Part shown: positions 22,921-32,253 of the stretch, in pieces
Position numbering within the stretch: position 1 is the first letter of the stretch
Layout: each line of letters begins with the position of its first letter
NCBI GenBank assembly: GCA_947246355.1
Contig: CAMXQX010000002.1
Location: 1-53,614 of the forward strand
Length of the DNA stretch: 53,614 nucleotides
Direction: 5' to 3'
DNA from: an uncultured Bacillota bacterium
GTDB lineage: Bacteria; Bacillota_I; Bacilli_A; RF39; UBA660
The notes under the pieces: model-generated
Databases searched by the model: none
What the model was told of the DNA's origin: nothing
The model's input: the letters and a program-made list of their open reading frames with translations, nothing else
Translations under genes and position numbers: made by a program

Positions 22921-24380
22921 TTTTTCACCTCTTTTCTCCACTCTTTATAAGATACAAATTTTACCTTTGTAGTAGAATCAATTCCATAAAAAGATTTAAA
23001 TCGATTTAAAAATTCTGCGTTCACAGGATCTGGGCACCACATATATTTCGTATAAGGAAGTTTAGGTAAAATCAAAGTCTCTTCTGTTTTATGTTCTTCT
23101 ATTTCTTTTTTTCTTGCATTATCTACTTTAAAAACATACCCATAAATGCAAAACAAATAGATAAAAAAGAAGACAAGAAGTGAGGTTAAAAGTACTTTGA
23201 TATAACTGGATTCTTCCTGAATGACATTCTCATAAAAGAGAGACACTACCCATATCCAAAACAAATAAATAGGAAAGAAACATCTTCCTCCAATGGGTGT
23301 TACAACAAACAAAGGAGCCGTTAAAGTAATGATGCTGATAAGGGCGAAAAGAAGTTTACATCTTTTTGCTTTTTCCTTTATAAAGAATACACTTGTAAGA
23401 ATACTAAGACAGTAGATAACAGTAAATAAACCACTGATATACTTGGTATACTTTAAAAATAAAGAGATGCCGCTATAACGAAGAACAAGATTATAAATAG
23501 GATAAATAACTAAAATCGTACTTAATATATATATTATCTTTTCATATCTTTTCTCTTTTTTTAAATAGCGATAAAGTGAAAGCAAAACAAGTCCACTTAA
23601 AACAACATTCAATACATAATTTTCGGCACTAAGGTATTTATAAATGGTTGTAAAATAACTTGTAATCGAACTCGTAAGAAAACTAGATAAGCCAATGGAT
23701 CTATAAGTATCTGTCCCACTAGAAATATTGGAATAAGCACTATTGGAAAACATTAAAATAGTTCCCACAATACTTCCTACAAAATACAAAACAAAGCTCC
23801 AATTCACTTTTTTATATTGAAGAAGGTAGTAAAAGATGCTAAGGAGAGCAAGTACTAAAACATAAAGAGTAACATGTTCTACAAAAAGAACACTGATAAA
23901 ACCTAAAATTGGAAAAAAGAGTCTCCTTCCCCAAGTATCTTTTGTTTTTCCTATAAAAATATCCTTATTCATATAGATAAATAAGAAAACAAACACCATC
24001 GAGGCAACATAATTAGAAAATCCAGCCGTCCAAACAATCGCTTCTCTAAAAATCAAAATAGGAGTGGCAAGGAGTAATAAGCAAGGTAAAAGATATGTTT
24101 TTTTCTTATGGGTAAGTTCTTCTATACAAAAGATAAGAAAGGTAAGACTAAAAGACATAATCAATGTTTTAAAGAAATTACTTCTTGTAAGAGCAAGTAC
24201 AACAAGATTGCCGGCCCATCTACCATTGTATCCTTTAAAATAGGTTTCCAGTCTTTCTAAACCATAACGAGAGCCCCATGCCCAATCGTCATGTGAATAA
24301 GGAAATAAGTAGCACAAAAGAAAAAGCAGAAAAAATAAAATTCCATAAAAGAGCAACTTATTTTTTTTCTTCAAATTCAT
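22917..24380 (-). CDS. Polytopic membrane protein, GT-C/DUF6056-like (putative wall-polymer glycosyl- or polymer-transferase)
   Basis: About 12 hydrophobic segments, with an N-terminal YSHDDWAWGS motif. The start is uncertain (M13 chosen). Confidence 0.55.
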   Translation of the reverse strand: MNLKKKNKLLFYGILFFLLFLLCYLFPYSHDDWAWGSRYGLERLETYFKGYNGRWAGNLVVLALTRSNFFKTLIMSFSLTFLIFCIEELTHKKKTYLLPCLLLLATPILIFREAIVWTAGFSNYVASMVFVFLFIYMNKDIFIGKTKDTWGRRLFFPILGFISVLFVEHVTLYVLVLALLSIFYYLLQYKKVNWSFVLYFVGSIVGTILMFSNSAYSNISSGTDTYRSIGLSSFLTSSITSYFTTIYKYLSAENYVLNVVLSGLVLLSLYRYLKKEKRYEKIIYILSTILVIYPIYNLVLRYSGISLFLKYTKYISGLFTVIYCLSILTSVFFIKEKAKRCKLLFALISIITLTAPLFVVTPIGGRCFFPIYLFWIWVVSLFYENVIQEESSYIKVLLTSLLVFFFIYLFCIYGYVFKVDNARKKEIEEHKTEETLILPKLPYTKYMWCPDPVNAEFLNRFKSFYGIDSTTKVKFVSYKEWRKEVKK

Positions 24381-25152
24381 CACCATACCATTCGTTATAT
24401 GTAATCCATGATTCATAATGTACCATATTCTTTAAATTATCAATGGCTTTTGTTTGGGTAGCATAAACAGGAATTAAAACATTAGACTTAAAGGCAAATT
24501 CATTCGCCTTTAACTTGTAAAGTTCTCCCTCATTTGGAATCTTTCCCCAATAAAATTTACCAAAATACGTTAATTGATCATGGTTCGCGTATTTCGTTAC
24601 AATTTGATTTGTCATCTTATGATGAATATGTCCATACTCCCCATCTGGATTATGTGTAACAACTAAATCCCAATCTTTATAAGATAAAATATCTTGGATA
24701 TCTTTATTAATATTGTTCCAATCTGCTTTCCAGTCACTCTTTTTACCCTTCACCAAATCAGGGTAATTTAGCATAATGTAGTCATCCCCTGTTAAGGACA
24801 TGACTTCTTCAAACTCACGAACTCTATCTTTGCGACCCCCACAAGTAATACAAACAACCAAATATTTTTCATTATAAAGAGCACTACTTCCCCAAAGTGT
24901 TTCATCATCAGGATGAGCTATAAACATGACCTTCTTTGCTGTTGTTTTAATATTATCAAGATTCATTCCCTTGCTTAAAATACGATTATAATCTTCACAA
25001 ACATTATTTGCACAATATTGAACCGTATTCTCTTTTTGCTTATGGCCTGTAAATGCAACCGTTATAACTACAATTAAAACTAGTGGAAATAATAAAATTC
25101 TTGTTCTCAATAGAGTACTACTTATTTTTTCTTTTTCCATTGAATCATTCAT
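24358..25152 (-). CDS. PIG-L/LmbE-family deacetylase with an N-terminal membrane anchor
   Basis: FIAHPDDETLWG and HNPDGEYGHIHH motifs, with an N-terminal TM helix. Confidence 0.75.
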   Translation of the reverse strand: MNDSMEKEKISSTLLRTRILLFPLVLIVVITVAFTGHKQKENTVQYCANNVCEDYNRILSKGMNLDNIKTTAKKVMFIAHPDDETLWGSSALYNEKYLVVCITCGGRKDRVREFEEVMSLTGDDYIMLNYPDLVKGKKSDWKADWNNINKDIQDILSYKDWDLVVTHNPDGEYGHIHHKMTNQIVTKYANHDQLTYFGKFYWGKIPNEGELYKLKANEFAFKSNVLIPVYATQTKAIDNLKNMVHYESWITYNEWYGDEFEEKK

Positions 25153-25174
25153 TTTATCACCAAATTTCCTTAAT

Positions 25175-25183
25175 ATTATAACA
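25175..25183 (-). promoter_or_regulatory. Extended -10 (TGTTATAAT) upstream of the PIG-L gene
   Basis: Read on the minus strand, 23 nt upstream of the ATG and downstream of the tarJ terminator. Confidence 0.4.
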
Positions 25184-25251
25184 CAATTTAAAAAATGTAA
25201 AACAGGAAAGTAGAAAAAGTATATATTTTTACCTACTACTTTACAAAATAG

Positions 25252-25273
25252 AAAAAAAGCTAAAACTAGCTTT
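25252..25273 (-). terminator. Intrinsic terminator after tarJ
   Basis: AAAGCTA / GTTT / TAGCTTT followed by T7 on the minus strand. Confidence 0.65.
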
Positions 25274-26292
25274 TAAATCTCCCATTTCATTACTGTCTTA
25301 AATTCATTTCTTAAATCGTTTTCAAATGCCTTATGCATATCGGCAATACTCCGAACTGTAACTTCTTCTGAAATAATAGAATGTAGGTAATTTCTCACAT
25401 CTTCATTTTCTTCAATAAAAGCAATCGATCTTTCAAAGTCCTCCAATCCACTTCGACTATTTCCAAGTAAGGTAAGACCTTTTTCCAAGACCATGCGTGT
25501 ATTGATGGCTACATTATTTTCACTCACACCCATTAAAGCAATGGAACCCATTGGATTAATATAATCAATGATTTGATTGATTGCCTTTTCACTACCACTT
25601 CCACCAACACATTCAAAAGCATGATCCACTCTTAAATCTGGCGGAATATGATTAACAAGATAGGTTTGATCTGCAAAAGAGAAGTAGTTCAATTTTTGTT
25701 CTGTTGTTCCAAAAACAACAATCTCTGCATTTGGAAATGTTTTCTTTAAAACCAAAGAGGTCACAAAACCAACATTTCCATCCCCCCATACTCCAATAAT
25801 TTGTTTTTGCAAATGGCTATATTTATCAAAATGTTCCAGTGCATTCATAGCAACACTTAAAAGTTCCAATAAAACGGCGATGTTGGGACTTGCCTTATAA
25901 AAAGGAAGCACGCGATTCTTTTTTATTTTTACAACACTTTGCATAAATCCATCCATACCACTTGCTCTAAAACGACTACTTGTCAAATAATTTTCTTTAA
26001 TCACACTACTATATTCGTGAGGGGTATTAGGAATCATGACCACATTGCACCCTTTTTCATATTCCCCACTAGGATCATATAATACTGTTCCAACAGCCTC
26101 ATGAATCAAGGCCATAGGAAGTTTTTTATCCATCACTTCCTTGCCACGACTACCTGTATAATATCTTTGATCAGCCGCGCAAATGGATAAGTACGTTGGC
26201 CGAATAAAAAGACAATCTGCGGTAATTTCCTCATCAATAAATTCCGTTCGAATTTGCTTAGGAGCAACCAAACGATAGGATTGATTTATCAT
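25273..26292 (-). CDS. tarJ: Ribulose-5-phosphate reductase (CDP-ribitol pathway)
   Basis: MINQSYRLVAPKQ...YLSICAADQRYYTGSRG...LPMALIHEAVG closely matches S. aureus TarJ as I recall it. Confidence 0.85.
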   Translation of the reverse strand: MINQSYRLVAPKQIRTEFIDEEITADCLFIRPTYLSICAADQRYYTGSRGKEVMDKKLPMALIHEAVGTVLYDPSGEYEKGCNVVMIPNTPHEYSSVIKENYLTSSRFRASGMDGFMQSVVKIKKNRVLPFYKASPNIAVLLELLSVAMNALEHFDKYSHLQKQIIGVWGDGNVGFVTSLVLKKTFPNAEIVVFGTTEQKLNYFSFADQTYLVNHIPPDLRVDHAFECVGGSGSEKAINQIIDYINPMGSIALMGVSENNVAINTRMVLEKGLTLLGNSRSGLEDFERSIAFIEENEDVRNYLHSIISEEVTVRSIADMHKAFENDLRNEFKTVMKWEI

Positions 26293-27008
26293 TTATTCTC
26301 TCTTTCCTTTAAAATAGCATTCGCTATTTTTAAATCATATAATGTTGTTATTTTTATATTGTATACTTCCCCTTCAACAATATGAACATTTTTTCCTTTT
26401 ATGACAAACATTTTACAAGCATCCGTTAATATTTTTTTCTCTTCTTCTGTTAAAGAAATATAGATTTCCATTAAATCTTTTATTTTAAAACTTTGAGGGG
26501 TCTGTCCTTGGTACATTTGGCTTCGTAGTGGTACATTGCTAATGATTTTCGCATCTTTGGATTCAATAATTGTATCTGTTGCAGGAATGACGGTATCCAC
26601 TGCGCCATACTTTTTAGCGGCTTCAATATTCTCCAAAATAATCCTTTGTGTAATAAAAGGTCTTACTGCATCATGAGTTACAATAATATCTTCATCGTTT
26701 AGTCCAAAATGTTTCTCAATATATCTACAACCATTCATAATGGTTTCATTTCTGTCTTTTCCTCCTTCAACAACAAAAACATTCTCTTTATTTGCAATAT
26801 ACTTCTCAATCACATCTTCTGCATGTGAAATCCATTCCTTTGAACAACATAAAATAATTTTATCGACTTCCTTTAAAAGCAGAAATTGTTCAATGGTATG
26901 AATAAAAATAGGTTTTGTCCCAAGGCCTAAAAACTGCTTTGGCATCTCTGTATTTCCCATTCTTGTTCCTTTACCACCTGCTAGTATTTCTACATAAGTC
27001 ATATACAC
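26289..27008 (-). CDS. tarI: Ribitol-5-phosphate cytidylyltransferase
   Basis: ILAGGKGTRMG...PKQFL, THDAVRPF, MYQGQTPQSF and YNIKITT motifs (IspD/TarI family). Overlaps tarJ by 4 nt. Confidence 0.85.
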   Translation of the reverse strand: MYMTYVEILAGGKGTRMGNTEMPKQFLGLGTKPIFIHTIEQFLLLKEVDKIILCCSKEWISHAEDVIEKYIANKENVFVVEGGKDRNETIMNGCRYIEKHFGLNDEDIIVTHDAVRPFITQRIILENIEAAKKYGAVDTVIPATDTIIESKDAKIISNVPLRSQMYQGQTPQSFKIKDLMEIYISLTEEEKKILTDACKMFVIKGKNVHIVEGEVYNIKITTLYDLKIANAILKERENK

Positions 27009-27117
27009 ATCTCCATTCTAGGTTTCTAAATCAATTATAGACTACTTTAAAAAAAAACACAAGACAAAGGCGATTTCCACCATTTCTTTTGGAGATCGCC
27101 TTCCGTACAGTTTTTCT

Positions 27118-27957
27118 TTATTTTTTCACTTTTTCTTTTGTTTTTTCTATGTCAAAATAGGTATGCGCATATTCCAATACTTGTGCCATTTCTTCTGTAG
27201 TAGAAAACTTTTTTTCATAGGAATCTATTTCATGATTGCATTGCATATGCCATCGAACTTCATCAAAAGGTATAGCTTTAATCATATCACAAGAAATATC
27301 TATCTTATTATAATTTTGTAAAGTAATTTCCTTATTTTTACAAAGCCGATTTCCCAATAAAAAGGCTCCAACATTTTCTCCATCCACTTGCTTATAAACA
27401 TCAACACCATAAATTTCATCTATGTCTGCTGTCTCTTTTTGAAATAAACCAATTTCCATTTTATCATAAATACATACAAAGTAATTGTCTACTGCAAACT
27501 TTATTACTTTCTTCTTTGGTTTTAAGAAATCAAAGGGCGATACCCCCATCATATGGCACCCGTAAGCTAAAATTTGGTTAAAATCTAAGTCTGTTAATGT
27601 TTGCCCCTCTTTGTAATGCAATAAAATTCCGATTTGATACATTTGCTTACATAACTCAGTAAAAGCGATTACTTTCTTCAAAGTACAGGTTGCTATACAG
27701 GTGCTCACTTCGTCTGTAATAAACTGGTGTTTTGCTAAAAAAAACGCGAAAGGATTTGTAGATGTTGCTATTCTAATTCCTTTGGTTTCAGAATCTATCA
27801 TCGTATATACTTCTGCATAGCGACTTGATGAATAGGTATCGTCTTTGGATACGTTTATGTTTTGTTTTGTAAATAAGCCGATTTGGTTATTATCATAACT
27901 ACATAGAAATAAATTATCTTTTATTTTTAGTAGTTCTTGTATTTTTTGATCATACAT
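27118..27957 (-). CDS. Hypothetical cytoplasmic protein with an internal duplication
   Basis: Start at MYDQK (GGGGGA RBS). Two copies of a ~50-aa unit: DNLFLCSYDNNQIGLFTKQN... and DNYFVCIYDKMEIGLFQKET... Confidence 0.6.
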   Translation of the reverse strand: MYDQKIQELLKIKDNLFLCSYDNNQIGLFTKQNINVSKDDTYSSSRYAEVYTMIDSETKGIRIATSTNPFAFFLAKHQFITDEVSTCIATCTLKKVIAFTELCKQMYQIGILLHYKEGQTLTDLDFNQILAYGCHMMGVSPFDFLKPKKKVIKFAVDNYFVCIYDKMEIGLFQKETADIDEIYGVDVYKQVDGENVGAFLLGNRLCKNKEITLQNYNKIDISCDMIKAIPFDEVRWHMQCNHEIDSYEKKFSTTEEMAQVLEYAHTYFDIEKTKEKVKK

Positions 27958-28134
27958 ACTATTTTCCCCCGTATTTTGCCACAAAAAACTCTATAAGCGG
28001 TTACCAAATATCCTTTATTTTTCTTCCATAATCTTATACAGCAACTATTCCGTTCATGAATGGTCTTTATCTTAATATATTTTTTTCAATCTGTCAACAT
28101 ATCTTCTGTTCTTTTAAAAACATCTCTTTTTTGT

Positions 28135-28560
28135 TTAACGATTATTTCTTCGAAATACGAACCATTTACTTAAAAAATAATTCATAACTGTAACGACAAC
28201 TTGCACGATTAATTTAGCAATTTTGTCGTTCATTTTGAATACAGTTACAGTGATAAACATAATGGCCATATCCATAAGTAAAGTAAAGATTCTTGAAGAA
28301 ACAAAGGAAATAATTTCTTTTTTCTTGTTTTGATTTTTACTTTTAAATACAAATTTTCGATTGGTAATATAAGCAAATGTTACTGCGCAAACCCATGAGA
28401 AAACATTAGCAATTTGTAATTCAAAGGCATGATTAGGATTTAGAAGCGTCAAAACCACTAAATAATAACTTCCAAGCGATACAATGGTTGTTAATACGCC
28501 CACTATAAGATAATTAATAATTTCCTCATATTTTTTATACAATGCCATTCTCTTTTTCAT
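28135..28560 (-). CDS. GtrA-family membrane protein
   Basis: 141 aa with four TM segments. Typical GtrA layout (YLIVGVLTT..., NRKFVFKS, LSKWFVF). Confidence 0.75.
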   Translation of the reverse strand: MKKRMALYKKYEEIINYLIVGVLTTIVSLGSYYLVVLTLLNPNHAFELQIANVFSWVCAVTFAYITNRKFVFKSKNQNKKKEIISFVSSRIFTLLMDMAIMFITVTVFKMNDKIAKLIVQVVVTVMNYFLSKWFVFRRNNR

Positions 28561-28588
28561 AGCATCATCAACTTCGCTTTCTTTCCTT

Positions 28589-29662
28589 TTAAAACTTACG
28601 TTCCATATGAACTGTTCCTTCTAAAATGTTTTTTTCTTTTAGGTCTTTTAAATAAGTTTGTGTATTTTGATAAGCTATATCACACATCCATTTCGCAACT
28701 GGAGCTTTTTTTTCTTCTTTTGGTCCATTTTCGATCGTTCTATATCTTTTTTTGGTGATTGTATCTCCTAAAATGATATTTTCTGTTAGATGCTCTCCAT
28801 TGGCACCTACATTCCCGTAACGATTTTGGCCAAAAGGGGAAATACCAATAGAAAAATCACATGAATTTGGATTCTCACTATATAGTTTAGCAATTCTTGT
28901 TTTTTCTGCTGCATACATAGAAGTCGCATTGACTCCATATTGTACAGATGCAATTAATAGTTCTCCCCAATGTTCACATTTTTGCATTAAAATTGGATTT
29001 TCTAAAACACGATGGATTGCAGCTTCATAATTATAGTTTGCAGTATGCACTTGCATGAGCCAGTGCTGATTTTTCCATTCCATCACACCATAGGAGGCAC
29101 CCACTTTTCCTGTATCTGTAAGACCAACGGAACCAGGGTTAAATAAAGTAAAATCTCCATATTCCCCTATATGGCTTTCATGAACGTGAGCAGTTAAAAC
29201 TATTTTTATATTTTTTTCCTTTAATTTTTTTCGCATTTCTTCTTCGATGGGCATTTTGTGTTGTAAATAAATAGCATCGGTTCCTGGAATAGAAACGATT
29301 TTACTTTCTTCTAGCGTTGATAAATATTTCAATTGTTCCTCTGTCATTCTTTCGCAAGAAAGAAGAGGGGGACCCATAGTTGTCTCTATACTCCAGTCTA
29401 CCTGTTTTCCAGCCCTTTTGGCCTCGTAATATTTCCTAACCATTCCTGTTTCACGATTTCCACTAATTACATAAATAGGAAACGTTTCCTTTAAAAGATC
29501 CATCACTTCCAAACATTCTTTTCCTTCTAAGAAATCACAACAGTAGTCACCTAAAAAAATAAATCCATCGATTTGCTTTCCATACTTATGGAAAACATCT
29601 TCAATCACACTATTAAAAGCTTCAATATTTCCATGAATATCACCAAGTACAATAAGCCTCAT
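28589..29662 (-). CDS. Metallophosphoesterase (YfcE-like) with a ~150-aa unknown C-terminal extension
   Basis: MRLIVLGDIHGN, GDY, GNRE and AHVH motifs. Confidence 0.7.
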   Translation of the reverse strand: MRLIVLGDIHGNIEAFNSVIEDVFHKYGKQIDGFIFLGDYCCDFLEGKECLEVMDLLKETFPIYVISGNRETGMVRKYYEAKRAGKQVDWSIETTMGPPLLSCERMTEEQLKYLSTLEESKIVSIPGTDAIYLQHKMPIEEEMRKKLKEKNIKIVLTAHVHESHIGEYGDFTLFNPGSVGLTDTGKVGASYGVMEWKNQHWLMQVHTANYNYEAAIHRVLENPILMQKCEHWGELLIASVQYGVNATSMYAAEKTRIAKLYSENPNSCDFSIGISPFGQNRYGNVGANGEHLTENIILGDTITKKRYRTIENGPKEEKKAPVAKWMCDIAYQNTQTYLKDLKEKNILEGTVHMERKF

Positions 29663-29933
29663 AATCTCACCTTTCTCTTATTATATTGCAATTAATACAA
29701 AAAAGCAATGAAGGCCAAAGAAAAATTTACCCTTTTAACATATCCCTACGATGAACTAAGTAACCCTCTTAAAAAGAAAGAGAGTTCATTTTTATGCATT
29801 TCCCAATTGCAAAGAATATGCAAAGTAAAATAAGGATAATACAGTTAACGATAAAACTACTTTGGATGCTGTTGGTATCGCCTATTTTTTTATTTGTGCC
29901 TTGCCTTCACAAAAAATAAATTCTACAAAATAA

Positions 29934-29955
29934 AAAAGAAGAAAATCCTTCTTTT
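29934..29955 (-). terminator. Terminator after herA-like paralogue 2
   Basis: AAAAGAAG / 6-nt loop / CTTCTTTT, overlapping the stop codon, with a T-rich tail. Confidence 0.5.
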
Positions 29956-31705
29956 ATGCCTTCCATCTTGCCTCCACATCACAGTTACTACTATGTGGAG
30001 GTGGGCTTGGTGGATCCATTTTTATAATGATTGGAATGCGAAAGGCTTTTCCAAATCCAACACAAGTTCCTGGTTGTAGACTCTTTTGTTTTTCAATAAT
30101 TTCTTGATTGATATTAGGAAGCATTTTGGCAATGTAATCTAAATCTCTTGGGTGATTCATTTTAAAAATTAGGAAATTGGAACATTGTGAAATAACCGTT
30201 TCTGAAATTTCAACTGGTCTTTGCGAAATTAAGTTAAAAACGAGTCCATATTTTCTTCCCTCTTTGGCTACACGATCAAAGATATTATACCCAAGTAAAA
30301 ATTTATCACTATCATTTTGCACATAACGGTGTGCCTCTTCCAAGAAAATGTGAAATGGAATAGAAGCTCTTACTTTTAAAGCTTTGGTAAATGTAAACAG
30401 CATCTTTGTATAAATTTTTGTAATGACTTTAGCAATTCGATCTTCAATATCTTCCAAGTTAAAATTAATAATTTGTGCCTTTTTACCTGGTGCTACCGTG
30501 ACAAGAGATGCAATATAATTTTCTAAAGTAATATATTGCGGGAAATGGAAATATTTGGCGTTTTCTCCAATCACAATCGAATGGAGTCTTACTTTCAAAG
30601 CTATAGCCTCACTATACGTTTTCTGATTTCTTAAAAGCCCCTCTGAAATCAAAGTAAAACTTAAAGCTTTCTCCAAATCTTCTAAAGTGAAATAATGGCT
30701 TTCTCGTGACTCATACTTATCAAGCTGATCATCAATAAAATCAGAAATATATTGGGTGACTAAAATGCTTTCTGTAAAATTTCCTTCCTTATCAATAATA
30801 AAACAATCCCTAAATTTACGAACATATCCAATACCTTGCACAGGAGCTTCTAAGTTGAAGGCTTCTGTCGAACAAGTAGCAAGAATCGAGAAAATATCAT
30901 TTCTCTTCGCTGTTGCACTTTGATTTGTATATAAAATGGTCATAATTGCCTTGGCAATTAAATGGTTTTTATATTTCGTAGCCATTTCCCCGGATTCTGA
31001 AAAAATACGCACCAATTTAAGCATTTCTTCAATAATAGGAAGTTGAGAGTGATCGGTTGCATCCAATAATAAAGCCATATCATCTACATCCAAAAGCCAC
31101 AAAGGAATGGAAAGAAGGTTTCCCTCTGCATCATTCACATTCGTTGTATAATATTTGAAATAAAAGTTTGGATTGATTTTATTAATGTCTTTAAATGCAG
31201 TATGGTACTCTCCATACGCATCAAAAATAAAGAAATTAGAGCGTATTGGTACAACGTTTTTGTTAGTAAACACGTTCTGCATCAATCTCGCAAGTCCCCA
31301 CGATTTACCACTTCCTGTATTTCCAAAAATTGCTGAGTGGTTTGAAAATAGATCATTGACATCGACATAAAGAGGAAAATCGTTATAAAGGGGAGATTTT
31401 CCGATTAACATACTACTTGGAGTTTCTCTTCCCACAATTAAACCAAATTCCTCTTCGGTAATCATGCGCACATGTGCAGATAAACTTGGTTTTCGTATAA
31501 CCCCTCCCAAAAAACGATTATTTTTAATTTCCCCTAAAAAACGAACCTTAATGAGTTCCATATCCATATCTTCTACTTCGCCAATAATTTTTTGGGTCCC
31601 ATCTTCAAAAACGATATGCATATTCATCATATCTTGCGCTAAAACATTTCCTTCTACCTTAATGTGTGCCACATTATCGGATATATATATAATTTTCCCT
31701 ATCAT
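29954..31705 (-). CDS. HerA/DUF87-family ATPase, paralogue 2
   Basis: 583 aa. MIGKIIYISDNVAHIKV N-barrel, Walker A GNTGSGKS, HIFLEEAHRY. The C-terminal third is highly similar to paralogue 1. Starts 15 nt after ylxM. Confidence 0.7.
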   Translation of the reverse strand: MIGKIIYISDNVAHIKVEGNVLAQDMMNMHIVFEDGTQKIIGEVEDMDMELIKVRFLGEIKNNRFLGGVIRKPSLSAHVRMITEEEFGLIVGRETPSSMLIGKSPLYNDFPLYVDVNDLFSNHSAIFGNTGSGKSWGLARLMQNVFTNKNVVPIRSNFFIFDAYGEYHTAFKDINKINPNFYFKYYTTNVNDAEGNLLSIPLWLLDVDDMALLLDATDHSQLPIIEEMLKLVRIFSESGEMATKYKNHLIAKAIMTILYTNQSATAKRNDIFSILATCSTEAFNLEAPVQGIGYVRKFRDCFIIDKEGNFTESILVTQYISDFIDDQLDKYESRESHYFTLEDLEKALSFTLISEGLLRNQKTYSEAIALKVRLHSIVIGENAKYFHFPQYITLENYIASLVTVAPGKKAQIINFNLEDIEDRIAKVITKIYTKMLFTFTKALKVRASIPFHIFLEEAHRYVQNDSDKFLLGYNIFDRVAKEGRKYGLVFNLISQRPVEISETVISQCSNFLIFKMNHPRDLDYIAKMLPNINQEIIEKQKSLQPGTCVGFGKAFRIPIIIKMDPPSPPPHSSNCDVEARWKA

Positions 31706-31720
31706 TTTCTCATCCCCTTT

Positions 31721-32008
31721 TTATAAAATATTTTCAATCTGCTCTTTCAAATCGCTATCTTTAACAATTTCCAAAATCTTTTTATTTTTTTCGTATATCT
31801 GTAATATTTTCTCATAAAACAATAATTTTTCTTCTGTTTCTTTGATATTTTTATGTACAGCATTGCGACTCACCTTATAGTTTTCACTCATCTCAGAAAG
31901 TGTCAAATTTTGAAAGTAATAATCCATAAAATACTCCTTTTGCTTGTCGGTAAATAAGTCTCCATAAATGGCAAATAAATTACCCAAATAAATGCGTTTC
32001 TCCATCAT
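31721..32008 (-). CDS. ylxM: YlxM/UPF0122 helix-turn-helix protein (SRP-operon associated)
   Basis: 95 aa. LFAIYGDLFTDKQKEYFMDYYFQNLTLSEMSENYKVSRNAVHKNIK is typical of YlxM. Confidence 0.8.
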   Translation of the reverse strand: MMEKRIYLGNLFAIYGDLFTDKQKEYFMDYYFQNLTLSEMSENYKVSRNAVHKNIKETEEKLLFYEKILQIYEKNKKILEIVKDSDLKEQIENIL

Positions 32009-32253
32009 AAAAAGAAAGAAGCCCCTAAACAGAAAATTCCTACTAAAAAGTAAAGAAGAGTCATCGTTTTTCTTTTGGTGATTTTATAACTATTATAAGC
32101 CATGCAAAGTAGTGTTAAACCACTTACTGCCTCTAAAATAGGTATAAACTCCCTTCTAAAAATACTCATTACTAAAAAGTAAGAAACAAACACAATAAGA
32201 ATGATTTGGACCAAGAGACCTGGTTGGTTTATTTTTTTATTCTTCACTCGCAT
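32005..32253 (-). CDS. Small three-TM membrane protein (uncertain start)
   Basis: ORF between ftsY and ylxM that overlaps both. Hydrophobic segments are present but no clear RBS. Confidence 0.4.
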   Translation of the reverse strand: MRVKNKKINQPGLLVQIILIVFVSYFLVMSIFRREFIPILEAVSGLTLLCMAYNSYKITKRKTMTLLYFLVGIFCLGASFFL

